DNA of 50,762 nucleotides from a virus (IMGVR_UViG_3300023104_000006:1-50762); one strand, 5' to 3'; shown: positions 26,783-36,378, counted from the first letter of the stretch. Notes: generated by a model not told the origin, from the letters alone. A program made the numbers and translations.

Positions 26783-27162
26783 TGAATAAATTAGCAATAG
26801 TCGGATTTTCTATAATCGTTGCCAGGTTAATTTATTCAGAATTAATAACAGGCATTTATGAAGACAGTGGATTGGCCGCTTTGCGTATTCAGTACACTTT
26901 AAATTCGTTTGATTATGTTCTTTGGGCTATTGTGTTTTGCATTTGTTTAAATCATGTTTCTGTGTGTTATATACCATTAATGAAGTGTAGTATAGCATTC
27001 TTCTTATCCATGTCAATACTCTCGCTGTACGTATGGCTTCCTGCTACAATCAGGACTCAAATTAAGGATGTTAGTAATCCGTTCTATGCGGTTTGGTGGG
27101 CTTTATCTATAGCTATGGCAGTTTATTACTTTTTTTGCAGGAAAGGAAGGTTAATAGCATGA
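26782..27162 (+). CDS. Multi-pass membrane protein (possible holin/antiholin)
   Basis: About four hydrophobic segments; basic C-terminus. Confidence 0.55.
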   Translation: MNKLAIVGFSIIVARLIYSELITGIYEDSGLAALRIQYTLNSFDYVLWAIVFCICLNHVSVCYIPLMKCSIAFFLSMSILSLYVWLPATIRTQIKDVSNPFYAVWWALSIAMAVYYFFCRKGRLIA

Positions 27163-27770
27163 ATATTGTAGCAACAGTTCCCAAAGGGGGATATATGATT
27201 GCATTGATTTTTTGCTTTATCATTTCGTGCGGAACGATTAAAGAAGGTGTAAAGCCAACACATAACAGTATGTTTACGGGCGCATTGCCCTCTATACCCT
27301 TCCATCAATATAAAGCTGATACCCCTAAAATCAAACAACCGTCCTTTGATACAAAGCAAATTCAATCAGTATTAAACCGACTGCCTATAGCTATGGATAG
27401 GTTGGATAAAGTTTCCGATCGGGTAGATGGTGTTTCTTTACAACTTGATTATTTCATTAAATCACAGGCTATTAAAGATAGTCAATTTAATATTATGTTT
27501 AATGTGGCTAACTCCAGACGCAAGCAAATAGCTAACATGAAAGCTGATAGTGTTCAGAAAGAGGGGCAGATTTTAGCTGCAATCAAAAGAATGTCCGATG
27601 CAGCGGAAAACGACCGTAAATACAAATCCAAAATAGCTATTGAAGAAAGAGTAGACACCAATATTGTTTTATTTACATGTATAGCCACTTTAGTAATAGG
27701 ATTTCTATCTAATCTGGATAAGTTAATACTTTTTTGGAACAGGATATTTAAGAAAAAATCTTATGCATAA
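27159..27770 (+). CDS. Putative unimolecular spanin (lipoprotein signal plus C-terminal TM helix)
   Basis: Lipobox IIS-C24; helical middle; C-terminal IVLFTCIATLVIGFL followed by a basic tail. Confidence 0.55.
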   Translation: MNIVATVPKGGYMIALIFCFIISCGTIKEGVKPTHNSMFTGALPSIPFHQYKADTPKIKQPSFDTKQIQSVLNRLPIAMDRLDKVSDRVDGVSLQLDYFIKSQAIKDSQFNIMFNVANSRRKQIANMKADSVQKEGQILAAIKRMSDAAENDRKYKSKIAIEERVDTNIVLFTCIATLVIGFLSNLDKLILFWNRIFKKKSYA

Positions 27771-28085
27771 ATGGTACAACGCAAAGAGAAAACAACATGG
27801 GATCAACGGGTGCAAAAACGCTTGTCGGTATGGGCTGTTTGCTGTATCGTTATATTCTACGTTCTAAAAAGACCTGATGTACATACAGGATTGGGCGATT
27901 GGCTTTGGGGCTATTTTAATCGGGGTGTAATTGTATCTGGCATAATATCTTTTTTAATATCAGGATCTATTGGACTAAATGAGTTATCAAAGCGGTTTAA
28001 CTGGAAAGGTGCCGGTATAAAATTCATACAAGCATTATCTGAGGTAAAAGATAAAGAGAACGATTCAGATAATCCCAATAATTAA
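27771..28085 (+). CDS. Holin-like two-TM protein
   Basis: Two hydrophobic segments, charged C-terminus, adjacent to the spanin candidate. Confidence 0.5.
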   Translation: MVQRKEKTTWDQRVQKRLSVWAVCCIVIFYVLKRPDVHTGLGDWLWGYFNRGVIVSGIISFLISGSIGLNELSKRFNWKGAGIKFIQALSEVKDKENDSDNPNN

Positions 28086-28097
28086 CTATATTCGCAC

Positions 28098-28844
28098 ATG
28101 GCATTACCCATAGTAAAAGTTTACGCACAGGATGGCAGTATCATTATTGATATGGGTAACGGTGTTGCTATTACTGCTGCACCTGTAAACCTTGTAGCGA
28201 AATACATCCGTCGATTACCCTCTACCATTTACGATGATCGGGTTTCGTTGTTCGTAGTAGGACAACAGTATGTGGGATTTCAAGACAAATTACCCGATAC
28301 AATACGGGATCAGAATGGCGACAAGTTGGTGACGAGTCGTGCGCAAACTATAGATGATGTTGAAGATTATTTTACCTCATTAGGGATCGGGCAATCATCG
28401 GGGGGTAGTGTTGATTTGTCGGACTACTATACTAAAGAGCAAGTACAGGCGGGGTTTGTAAGCCTATCTCAATTCAATACATACGTAGCATCGCAACAGA
28501 CAATTAACGACCAGATATTTGCAGCTATTGGTGTTACGCAACTTGATTCACCAACACTTATAGCAGGAACACCGACAGAAAACAGTGTCCCCCTTGTTAT
28601 CGGTAGTGTAGCTAATGCAACATCTTATGTGCTTAGCCGGGATGGGGAGGTTATTTATACAGGTGTATCGGGTATGTATAACGCAACCGGCTTAGCCCCC
28701 GATACAGAATATACCTTTTCGGCGGTGTCTAAGGGCACAGGCTTTATTGATAGCGCACCGACATTTGTAACTATTACTACAGCGGGTGGTATTACGCCGC
28801 CTCAAAATACACTCCCATATACATTACCGTTTATATTATCATAA
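28098..28844 (+). CDS. Virion protein with C-terminal fibronectin type III domain
   Basis: ATSYVLSRDG...YNATGLAPDTEYTFSAVS FN3 signature. Confidence 0.75.
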   Translation: MALPIVKVYAQDGSIIIDMGNGVAITAAPVNLVAKYIRRLPSTIYDDRVSLFVVGQQYVGFQDKLPDTIRDQNGDKLVTSRAQTIDDVEDYFTSLGIGQSSGGSVDLSDYYTKEQVQAGFVSLSQFNTYVASQQTINDQIFAAIGVTQLDSPTLIAGTPTENSVPLVIGSVANATSYVLSRDGEVIYTGVSGMYNATGLAPDTEYTFSAVSKGTGFIDSAPTFVTITTAGGITPPQNTLPYTLPFILS

Positions 28845-30040
28845 TGGCAACAAAAATTACATACGCTGATAAGGTTACAGGCGACTCGGTTTCGGCCAGT
28901 GATATGAACTCTATTAAAGTAGCGGCTAATGGTGCTATTGACGATGCAGCCACCGCTATAAATTCAGCAGGTACAGCGCAATCTTCGGCAACAGCGGCAC
29001 AACAAGATATTGATACCCACGAAGCGAGAGTAGATAACCCGCATGCGGTTACAAAGGCGCAGGTTGGATTAAGCAACGTTAATAATACTGCCGACGCTAA
29101 TAAGCCGATTAGTGATGCTACTCAAACAGCATTGGACGCTAAGGTTCCCACATCAAGAACCGTAAACGCTAAACCGCTATCAGGCAATATAACGCTTAAC
29201 CAAGACGATATTGCAGCCGGTACAACCTATACTCAATATTCCAAAACAGAGCAAACTAACTTAGCAGGGGTTGTTACTGACTTTGTATCGCTCCCTTTTG
29301 CATCTACCATTAATTGGGATATGCAAAATCAAAAATCGCCCTTAGCTAAATCCACGATAACGGCAAGCTTCAGCCTGGTTATAAGTAATTTTAGATCAGG
29401 TGGGAAGGCTGAATATAAAATTACTGTAAATACAGGTTCACAAGTTACAATTGCATTAACTGGAACTGGACTTACTTTCAGTATGGCAAATACATCATTA
29501 ACGTCTTATGCTTTGCCGATAGGAACGGGTAAAACATATTTCATTAAACTTACTAATGATGGTGGATTGGTAAATGTTGTGATAGAAGATTATAGTGTTC
29601 CATTGAATGCTATAAACTTTACTAAAGCCAGCAGGACAACAGCACTATCAACGGCCACGGGGGTATATGTTCCAATTCCACTTGAAACACCCGATTACAA
29701 CCCGATAAACAACTGGTCTGCTGCGAATCCAACTCGTTTTTTGATTCCAGGGACTGGACGTAAATTGATTACGATTACTGTTTATGCAAAGCATTTAGCA
29801 AATGCTACAGCATCTACAAGAAGGGTGGGTGCATCGGTAAATGGTGTTCAAATACCAGAAATAGATAGTATCCCAGCAGTAGTTTCTGGGGGTGCAGATT
29901 CGTTTAAGACATCAACATTTCAAGCTATCATAAATACCACCGGCACCGATTATGTTGAAGGTCTGGCTTTTCAAAATACTGGAGCTTCATTAAACTTGTT
30001 AGCCGCTTCTGTCTCGGTTAAAATAGAGGATTTGGCATGA
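28844..30040 (+). CDS. Tail fibre/receptor-binding protein
   Basis: DNPHAVTKAQVGLSNVNNTADANKPIS and RTVNAKPLSGNITL fibre repeats; C1q/TNF-like C-terminus. Confidence 0.75.
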   Translation: MATKITYADKVTGDSVSASDMNSIKVAANGAIDDAATAINSAGTAQSSATAAQQDIDTHEARVDNPHAVTKAQVGLSNVNNTADANKPISDATQTALDAKVPTSRTVNAKPLSGNITLNQDDIAAGTTYTQYSKTEQTNLAGVVTDFVSLPFASTINWDMQNQKSPLAKSTITASFSLVISNFRSGGKAEYKITVNTGSQVTIALTGTGLTFSMANTSLTSYALPIGTGKTYFIKLTNDGGLVNVVIEDYSVPLNAINFTKASRTTALSTATGVYVPIPLETPDYNPINNWSAANPTRFLIPGTGRKLITITVYAKHLANATASTRRVGASVNGVQIPEIDSIPAVVSGGADSFKTSTFQAIINTTGTDYVEGLAFQNTGASLNLLAASVSVKIEDLA

Positions 30041-30900
30041 GTTACAGACCTAACATATCCAATATAAACAACTTCCCTATTATTGTTTTCATTGGGGATA
30101 GTACAGCGCATGGTAATGGTTTAATTAATAGCTATTCGGATGGGATTGATCCTAAATATATGGTTCCATCATTGAAGTTATTTAATTATTACAAACCTGA
30201 TCGAACAAGTACTAATAATGGGAATTGGGAACTTTACGACCCGACTATAGCCAACGGGAAGTGGAATAGCACTTCTGGATATGCAAGGCCAACGTCATTC
30301 CCTTATGAAATGGGGCCCGATGCTGGATTTATGTATCGGATGCAAGAGTTAGGAAACCAGCCATTTTTAGTGATTAAATGGGCTTTGGGCGGCACACGAT
30401 TAATAGGCGACTGGTTAAAATCTAATAATTACATGTACCAGGGGCTTATCGACTACAGCTACAAAATAGCTATGCAAAAATTACAGCCTTTAGGTGTTAG
30501 GAACCCGGTAGTTAAAATAGTAGATGTATGCTTAGTTACTAACGATGTATCTTCGACCGATTGGAACGCGGCAACGTTCTCTGCCGGAATACAACAAATT
30601 AATTCTGATCTTAGAAAGGATTTTAATAATCCTTTGTTAAACATGTTCTGGACACAAGTTAGGACAGATTTATCAACAACAACAGCCTTTCCTACTCCCC
30701 CAACACCGGCAAAAATAGCTGAGGCACAGGCTTGCATAAACAACTGTCAAGACATTAGTAATCCTGCTTATATTAAAAACTTTACCGTATTTAATGGATT
30801 TCAGAATCTACCTTTACAATCTGATATTGTACATTACACAAGTCAAAGCTACATTGATATAGGAATAACCAAAGCTAACACATTTTATCCTTTGTTATAA
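30037..30900 (+). CDS. SGNH / sialate O-acetylesterase-like hydrolase
   Basis: FIGDSTAHG, KWALGGT and DIVHY catalytic blocks. Confidence 0.75.
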   Translation: MSYRPNISNINNFPIIVFIGDSTAHGNGLINSYSDGIDPKYMVPSLKLFNYYKPDRTSTNNGNWELYDPTIANGKWNSTSGYARPTSFPYEMGPDAGFMYRMQELGNQPFLVIKWALGGTRLIGDWLKSNNYMYQGLIDYSYKIAMQKLQPLGVRNPVVKIVDVCLVTNDVSSTDWNAATFSAGIQQINSDLRKDFNNPLLNMFWTQVRTDLSTTTAFPTPPTPAKIAEAQACINNCQDISNPAYIKNFTVFNGFQNLPLQSDIVHYTSQSYIDIGITKANTFYPLL

Positions 30901-30951
30901 TTCTCACCAAATAGCCCTCCTTTCACTTTTTGTTATATCGTGTGGGAGTTG

Positions 30952-31148
30952 TATATTTGTAAATCCTGCTTGAAGTCAAATAGTATTAGAATCCGTAAAT
31001 TAAGCCGTGACTATTACAGCTATACCAGTAGCGTTATTTGATGGAGAGGTATTATACAGAAGTGCCACAGGAAGAAACGGTGGTGATATTCTACTCTGGT
31101 AGGTAGACAGGAATAAGAGCGATTGGCTTAATAGCTGGTCGCTTTTTT
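30952..31148 (+). ncRNA. Candidate stand-alone structured sRNA with own promoter and terminator
   Basis: -7 box 30952-30959; closing stem TCCTG/CAGGA; kissing loops TACCAG/CTGGTA; terminator 31115-31148; only a 21-codon ORF inside. Confidence 0.6.
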
Positions 31149-31179
31149 GTTTTGTGATTATGGAGTTGTATATTTGGGT

Positions 31180-31650
31180 ATGTTAACACAGGCACAAATC
31201 GAGGCAAAGTACGGCAAGGCTAATCCAACTGGCAGGGGCTACCTGGTAACATTAATATTGCCATTCCCCATGCGCCTATCATGGGAACGTCAAACCAAAA
31301 TCAAATCATTTCAATGTCATAGGTTAATTAAGGATAGGCTATTAATGGTTTATACCGATTTATTACTACACTATGGCTATGATAAACTTGTTGAACTTGG
31401 TATAGATATTTATGGTGGTTGTTTCAATTACCGGCTCATGCGTGGAAGCAACAAGACATTGTCTCATCATTCATGGGGTATTGCAGTAGACCATGATCCC
31501 GATCGTAACCTACTACATGAAACAGCCCGCACGGCTCGCTTTGCACGACCTGAATATAAGCCAATGATTGATATTTTTTACAAGCATGGTTTTAAAGGAT
31601 TAGGCCCTGAAGAAAATAGAGATTGGATGCACTTCGAGATTGGCTCATGA
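31180..31650 (+). CDS. Endolysin, M15 family zinc peptidase
   Basis: GGCFNYRLMRG, LSHHSWGIAVD and DWMHFE motifs; start re-assigned to ATG 31180. Confidence 0.9.
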   Translation: MLTQAQIEAKYGKANPTGRGYLVTLILPFPMRLSWERQTKIKSFQCHRLIKDRLLMVYTDLLLHYGYDKLVELGIDIYGGCFNYRLMRGSNKTLSHHSWGIAVDHDPDRNLLHETARTARFARPEYKPMIDIFYKHGFKGLGPEENRDWMHFEIGS

Positions 31651-31829
31651 TTACCCTCGCTCCTGGCACTAAACTAAGGGCAAGATATAGCCTGCCTGAA
31701 TTTAATATAGTTGGTAATATGCTATATCAAGTTGGTTATCATGGTGACAGAGTTGGTATACGTGTACTTAATACTGTTTTATACCTTGACAACCTTATGG
31801 AAGATGAATTAAAGGTATTTGGATTATAG
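31647..31829 (+). CDS. Hypothetical protein
   Basis: ATGA-coupled to the endolysin gene. Confidence 0.5.
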   Translation: MITLAPGTKLRARYSLPEFNIVGNMLYQVGYHGDRVGIRVLNTVLYLDNLMEDELKVFGL

Positions 31830-31832
31830 ATT

Positions 31833-32075
31833 ATGGAACAACAAACCAAATTCGGAATAGGACAAATCGGTAACGAAACACCTCAGTTTGCTAAAAACGC
31901 TTTTCGAATCTATTTCTTTGCCAGTAAAGCTTTAATTGGCTGGTTTGCTTATACTAAACTGTTCCCGCCTGAATGGATATATGAAGCAATGGGTATAGTT
32001 ACTTTGTTATTAGATCCAATTGTTTACGGGTTGTCTAAAATGGTTGGTGTAGTGCCTGAGAAAGATGAGAAATAA
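31833..32075 (+). CDS. Holin-like small membrane protein
   Basis: ETPQFAK followed by two hydrophobic segments; downstream of endolysin. Confidence 0.5.
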   Translation: MEQQTKFGIGQIGNETPQFAKNAFRIYFFASKALIGWFAYTKLFPPEWIYEAMGIVTLLLDPIVYGLSKMVGVVPEKDEK

Positions 32076-32121
32076 ATAGCGCGACTTATTCGGATTGTCC
32101 GGGCGCGCATGTGTGGGGTGG

Positions 32122-32313
32122 TTACCTTCTCATGTTTGCCAATACAAATATAAATCCCTCATCTATGCATCCCAAATATGTATCAGTCGGTGTGGCTACA
32201 ACCTGCGCATGATATTTTAATTCATCATCATCATTCCCGATAAACGTAACAGTTCTTTGTCTATCAGTTTCGCTTAGTTTTTGTAATCTGTCAATCAATT
32301 CCTGTACTTTCAT
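32122..32313 (-). CDS. Hypothetical protein
   Basis: MKVQELIDRLQKL start common in phage early genes. Confidence 0.6.
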   Translation of the reverse strand: MKVQELIDRLQKLSETDRQRTVTFIGNDDDELKYHAQVVATPTDTYLGCIDEGFIFVLANMRR

Positions 32314-32401
32314 CTTCCTAATACTAAATAATCTAATGTTAAAAACAATATTACCAGCCCACCCAATAAGTAGGTGAGCCAGTGTTTGCGGAGGTGGTTA
32401 A

Positions 32402-32869
32402 TCATACCTTAACCTTATTTTTCACATACGTATCATAAACGTACTTCAATAACCCTAAAGCGATAGCCTCCCAGTTAATATCGCTTACTATAAAAGCCAA
32501 TGCGTTACTTAATCCGCTGAAGAAGCCAACTCGACCGGCCTTGCTGGTTAATGCGCTCATATCAGCCCATATCAGGCCAAATGCCTCTTGTAAGTTATCT
32601 ACCTGATGTCCGACACCCTCAAAGTACTCTTTTAGCCAAGCAAAGATAGTAGCTTCATTTACTCCGGTCTTTTGCTTAGCTATTTCTAAGGCTTCAGGGA
32701 ATGGTTTTCCCGCGGTTAGCTTAATTACTTCTACCAGCTTTGATATTTGTATTAGCTTCATTTGTTGATCTTGTGGCAACTTATTAAAGCTATCCCGTAC
32801 AGCGTTTCTTAATGCAGGCAGGATAAATAGTATTACTTTGCCTAAAATGGTATTCCAAAAGTTTGTCAT
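32402..32869 (-). CDS. Hypothetical helical protein
   Basis: 155-aa ORF with A-rich start context. Confidence 0.6.
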   Translation of the reverse strand: MTNFWNTILGKVILFILPALRNAVRDSFNKLPQDQQMKLIQISKLVEVIKLTAGKPFPEALEIAKQKTGVNEATIFAWLKEYFEGVGHQVDNLQEAFGLIWADMSALTSKAGRVGFFSGLSNALAFIVSDINWEAIALGLLKYVYDTYVKNKVKV

Positions 32870-32881
32870 ATTGTTTATTGT

Positions 32882-33079
32882 TTAATCGTTATTAAGTAAA
32901 ATTAAATGGTTTTCTGAATGAGGGCTATTCAGGTTATGAATCTCTACCAATTTTCTTATAAGATTTGGTAAGTCATAAATTAAAACCTCTTTGTACTCCA
33001 TGTCTTTAATGAAGCAAACTCCAGCATCATCGACTAAAAGTTCTTGAGTTGATGATATACTAATTCTCTGTGTTATCAT
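32882..33079 (-). CDS. Hypothetical protein
   Basis: ORF in the leftward arm. Confidence 0.5.
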   Translation of the reverse strand: MITQRISISSTQELLVDDAGVCFIKDMEYKEVLIYDLPNLIRKLVEIHNLNSPHSENHLILLNND

Positions 33080-33112
33080 AATATAGTTTAATTATAAAGG
33101 TAGTGAATAATT

Positions 33113-33397
33113 CTAAAACGGGGCCTTGTTATCCCATACATGCCAAACAAGGCTATTGCTCATTACAACCGTATCGATATATTCCCAATACTCAAATAAT
33201 TGGTTAGGTTCATCTATTGGATTACCGGTGCCAATGATATGAATTTGTGCGCCAGATATTGGGTTTTCATTATCCACCAAAGCCCACAATATAATTTCGC
33301 CATGTTGTTCTTTAGCTGATAATAGTTTGTAGTCGTCAGGCATTCTTATAAATTGCCGGTCTTTTATTTCCAGTGGGTATTTTAGGATTCGTTTCAT
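33113..33397 (-). CDS. Conserved small phage protein
   Basis: ILKYPLEI...ILWALVD...IIGTG...LVWHVW recurrent phage family pattern. Confidence 0.7.
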   Translation of the reverse strand: MKRILKYPLEIKDRQFIRMPDDYKLLSAKEQHGEIILWALVDNENPISGAQIHIIGTGNPIDEPNQLFEYWEYIDTVVMSNSLVWHVWDNKAPF

Positions 33398-33403
33398 GTG
33401 TTT

Positions 33404-33814
33404 TTAATTGTTAAATGTTAGTTCGGTGCCGGTTAATGATTCAAAGTAGAATGTTATTCGTTTAGGTTTACACTCAATTAAACCAAACCTTTCGGCTAAT
33501 TTGAATGTAGGCTTATATTTTCTCAATCGCTCTACCTGAGCCTCCAATTCAGACCTGAAACTTTCCAAATCATAAGCTGATTTAAACTTATTACAACCCC
33601 TGCATGATGGCATTAGGTTATCAAAGTGGTTTAAATGGCTTAATGTTAAGTGAGATAAATGTGGTGGTATTTTGTGTTGATTACGTATGTGCCATTCAAA
33701 ATTACGCTGTGATATACAGTGATCAACCTGCATATCTTTTATTGCTAAGTCATTGCCACAATATGCGCATTTACCACCATACTTTTGATGGACTATTGCT
33801 CGGTTAATTTTCAT
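33404..33814 (-). CDS. HNH endonuclease (McrA/HNH_5-like)
   Basis: KYGGKCAYCG, MQVDH and NLMPSCRGCNKFK; start re-assigned to MKINRA. Confidence 0.85.
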   Translation of the reverse strand: MKINRAIVHQKYGGKCAYCGNDLAIKDMQVDHCISQRNFEWHIRNQHKIPPHLSHLTLSHLNHFDNLMPSCRGCNKFKSAYDLESFRSELEAQVERLRKYKPTFKLAERFGLIECKPKRITFYFESLTGTELTFNN

Positions 33815-33890
33815 TTTAAATTCAAATAAACAGCACCGCCAACATAGCAGAACCAGGTGAGGAGGAATAGGGTGGTGTGGAGGGTGTGCT

Positions 33891-34226
33891 TCATAATGTA
33901 GTACCAATCTGTCTTTTAGCTGAGTTTAGCATATGTATATACCTAAGAGGGTCAGCATCAACCAGACTTTTGCATCTTGAAAGCTTTATTTTACTTTGTG
34001 ATTTGCCATTAACCTTAACTCGTGACTTTCTATCAATTGAACTGACTATGTTTGAAAAGGTAGGTCTCATGTCATAAGTGAATATCTGAATAAACAATTG
34101 GAATTGCCTAATTCCCTTTTTAATATCCCAAATTCTAAGACCGAAATATTCTGCATGTTCGTCCTTGCAATTTATATATCTATTAATAAATATTTCTCTG
34201 TTTTTAAGATATGTTTCTAACTTCAT
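33891..34226 (-). CDS. Hypothetical protein
   Basis: ORF in the leftward operon. Confidence 0.5.
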   Translation of the reverse strand: MKLETYLKNREIFINRYINCKDEHAEYFGLRIWDIKKGIRQFQLFIQIFTYDMRPTFSNIVSSIDRKSRVKVNGKSQSKIKLSRCKSLVDADPLRYIHMLNSAKRQIGTTL

Positions 34227-34233
34227 TCTCTTT

Positions 34234-34578
34234 TTACTTTTCTTGGTTTATAGGTGGGGATGGTATTTCAAAGGCTCCAATAGCTTCAGCAAAAGGCCAA
34301 TTTCGACCATAGAATAATATTTGACCGTTATCGAATAGTATTAGTGTCCTATCTTGATCTATGCTGTTTAAGTATGCAGGATTCGCCTTTATATCAACCC
34401 ACACAGGCACCAACGCCCTCAACCTGTCTACTTCGGCTTGCAGGGTGGTGATGGTGGATTTCTGCTCTGCTCTCTGCTGCTTCTGCCACTCGCAGTAGCC
34501 TTGAAGCACTTCATATGCATGTTTCAGCACATCGTAGTTGGTTTCCTCCGCTGCCTGTTCTGTTGTTTTTGAGTTCAT
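34234..34578 (-). CDS. Hypothetical coiled-coil early protein
   Basis: ITTLQAEVDRLRALVPVW module. Confidence 0.55.
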   Translation of the reverse strand: MNSKTTEQAAEETNYDVLKHAYEVLQGYCEWQKQQRAEQKSTITTLQAEVDRLRALVPVWVDIKANPAYLNSIDQDRTLILFDNGQILFYGRNWPFAEAIGAFEIPSPPINQEK

Positions 34579-34591
34579 TTTTGGTTAGGGG

Positions 34592-34807
34592 TTAATCGTG
34601 ATTGTGTGGCGTTTGGTTTAAAGCGTGTATTATTTCATCGTATAGTAACCATTCGCTACAGTCATCACCGGATGCGGTTGACATTTTCCAAAGGCCACAA
34701 ACATTGCGCGAGTTGTCAATCATCCATTCTATTCCGTTCTCCTCGAGAACTTTTATTTTTTCTATTTTAGTTGCCATAATTTTCTCTTTATTAAAATCCC
34801 GCTTCAT
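34592..34807 (-). CDS. Hypothetical protein
   Basis: ORF in the leftward operon. Confidence 0.5.
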   Translation of the reverse strand: MKRDFNKEKIMATKIEKIKVLEENGIEWMIDNSRNVCGLWKMSTASGDDCSEWLLYDEIIHALNQTPHNHD

Positions 34808-34819
34808 GAGGGGTGGGGG

Positions 34820-36181
34820 TTAAAAAACCGACTCTATTTTATCAATAATAACTTGAGCATCATCTCGGTATCGGTCATTAAGTATGCCATACTCAATAAG
34901 TGTACTATAGCCATTGGATGCATATTTTAACATGTTTTCCAATTTAGATACCCGCTCTTTCAAGTCCGCTATTTCTTTGGCGGTGTTTTGGGCTTGCCAT
35001 TGTGCGCCAGATATGAAATCCCTAACAGTTGTTGGGTTGGTGTCAACCTTTCGTCCCCATTTACTTTCTGCATACTTCAAAGCTGCTTCCTCTATCCTTT
35101 CCTTACCCTCACTTAACAGGGTGGTAGGGGTGGTGGATGCTGTTTCAAGTTCAAAATCTTCTACAAATTTCTCGAAAGTGTAGCCGTTTTCACTATCGAG
35201 GTAATCTTTAATTGCTTCCTTGTATCGATACAACTCGGCAGATGAATTAAGCCAACAGTTTTTTATAAGTTCTTTATGCTGGTTGGTTCTAATTAACTGA
35301 CTTTTTAACTGCTCAACACTTTCTGTAATTGGCTTGCCAACAACGGACGTTTCAATACTTTTATTACCGGTGGTAATGATTGATAAACCCCTGAACCTGT
35401 TAAGCAAAATAGCAACCTTATAAAATGGTATCTCACCGTGCTTATCTTTCCAGTCGTGCGCTATTAAAAATTTCTCTGCTTCCGCTGTATTATTGAACCA
35501 TTCTCTGGTTTGTTCGGGTTTTTCCTTACCCTCTAATGGGCTGGCAGGGGGTGTAACTTGTCTGTACATAATTTTACGATAAGATGGGTTGTGTTTATTG
35601 TAATCCTGCTCGGTGGTTGGTTCCCATTTTACGGGGTCAGTAGCCACGTTATAGCCGGTGTTTTTATAGTACACCTTTACGAACTTTGATTGATGGGCTT
35701 CCGTCAGTTTATAATACTCGTCAAGTGTTAAATCCTTACTACCGTCAAGACCGTATATATCTGTAATGGAGGTGTTGAAATCTTGAACTGTGTATTCTTC
35801 CTTCAAGGCAGCGGGTGTAACTTCAGCAACTGGTATAGTCTTAACCACAACTGAATCTGATTGCTTAATCAACCAATGGTTTCTGTACTCCTTATAGTCC
35901 GTAGCGGTGTACTCGGTAATAAAAAACCCAAAATCTTCAAGCCTTTCAATGTCTTTTACGGGAAACCATAACAATAGTTCGTCAATGGTTTTAGTAGCTG
36001 ATAAATATCCTACTACATTTTCATCAAATGGCATTTGTAGTTCTTTGTTGGCGCAAAAATTTAGTTGGCCATGTATCAGGCCAGTAAACTCTCCGGTTGA
36101 TTTATACCATAAACCCTGGCCTGTGATGTCGTGTGCTACTCGGTAAAATGTAGCAGGGGGTGTAACTTGTTTATCTTGCAT
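34820..36181 (-). CDS. Mosaic multi-module early protein
   Basis: 453 aa with recurring QVTPPA/EGKE linkers and an IEEAALKYA...FISGAQW module. Confidence 0.7.
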   Translation of the reverse strand: MQDKQVTPPATFYRVAHDITGQGLWYKSTGEFTGLIHGQLNFCANKELQMPFDENVVGYLSATKTIDELLLWFPVKDIERLEDFGFFITEYTATDYKEYRNHWLIKQSDSVVVKTIPVAEVTPAALKEEYTVQDFNTSITDIYGLDGSKDLTLDEYYKLTEAHQSKFVKVYYKNTGYNVATDPVKWEPTTEQDYNKHNPSYRKIMYRQVTPPASPLEGKEKPEQTREWFNNTAEAEKFLIAHDWKDKHGEIPFYKVAILLNRFRGLSIITTGNKSIETSVVGKPITESVEQLKSQLIRTNQHKELIKNCWLNSSAELYRYKEAIKDYLDSENGYTFEKFVEDFELETASTTPTTLLSEGKERIEEAALKYAESKWGRKVDTNPTTVRDFISGAQWQAQNTAKEIADLKERVSKLENMLKYASNGYSTLIEYGILNDRYRDDAQVIIDKIESVF

Positions 36182-36378
36182 AATAGTTGTTCATTATAAG
36201 ATTAGCTAATTTAACGGCTTGATGCTCTGACAGGTTTAATACAAAGCCATATTGGACTATGGTAGTAGTGTTATCCTCATAGTCAAAGTTTACTTTAACC
36301 GGATCTCGCTCACTATCGGTTATTATAATTTCTTCCGACATGGTATCAGTAGTACTGAGGGCAGGGGGTGTAGCTTGT
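35544..36378. repeat. Dispersed 18-bp repeat GCAGGGGGTGTAACTTGT (35544, 36153; variants 35808, 36361)
   Basis: Two identical and two near-identical copies, all encoding xxTPPA-like linkers. Confidence 0.8.

Noticed and set aside
31023-31028. Loop TACCAG pairing in trans with the tRNA-like D loop (CTGGTA)
   Set aside because: A cis partner exists at 31096-31101, and a 6-nt match to a common D-loop word is expected by chance.
35544-36378. CRISPR array or mini-array from the 18-bp repeats
   Set aside because: Spacing is irregular (about 200-350 bp), repeats are in-frame coding, and no cas genes are present.
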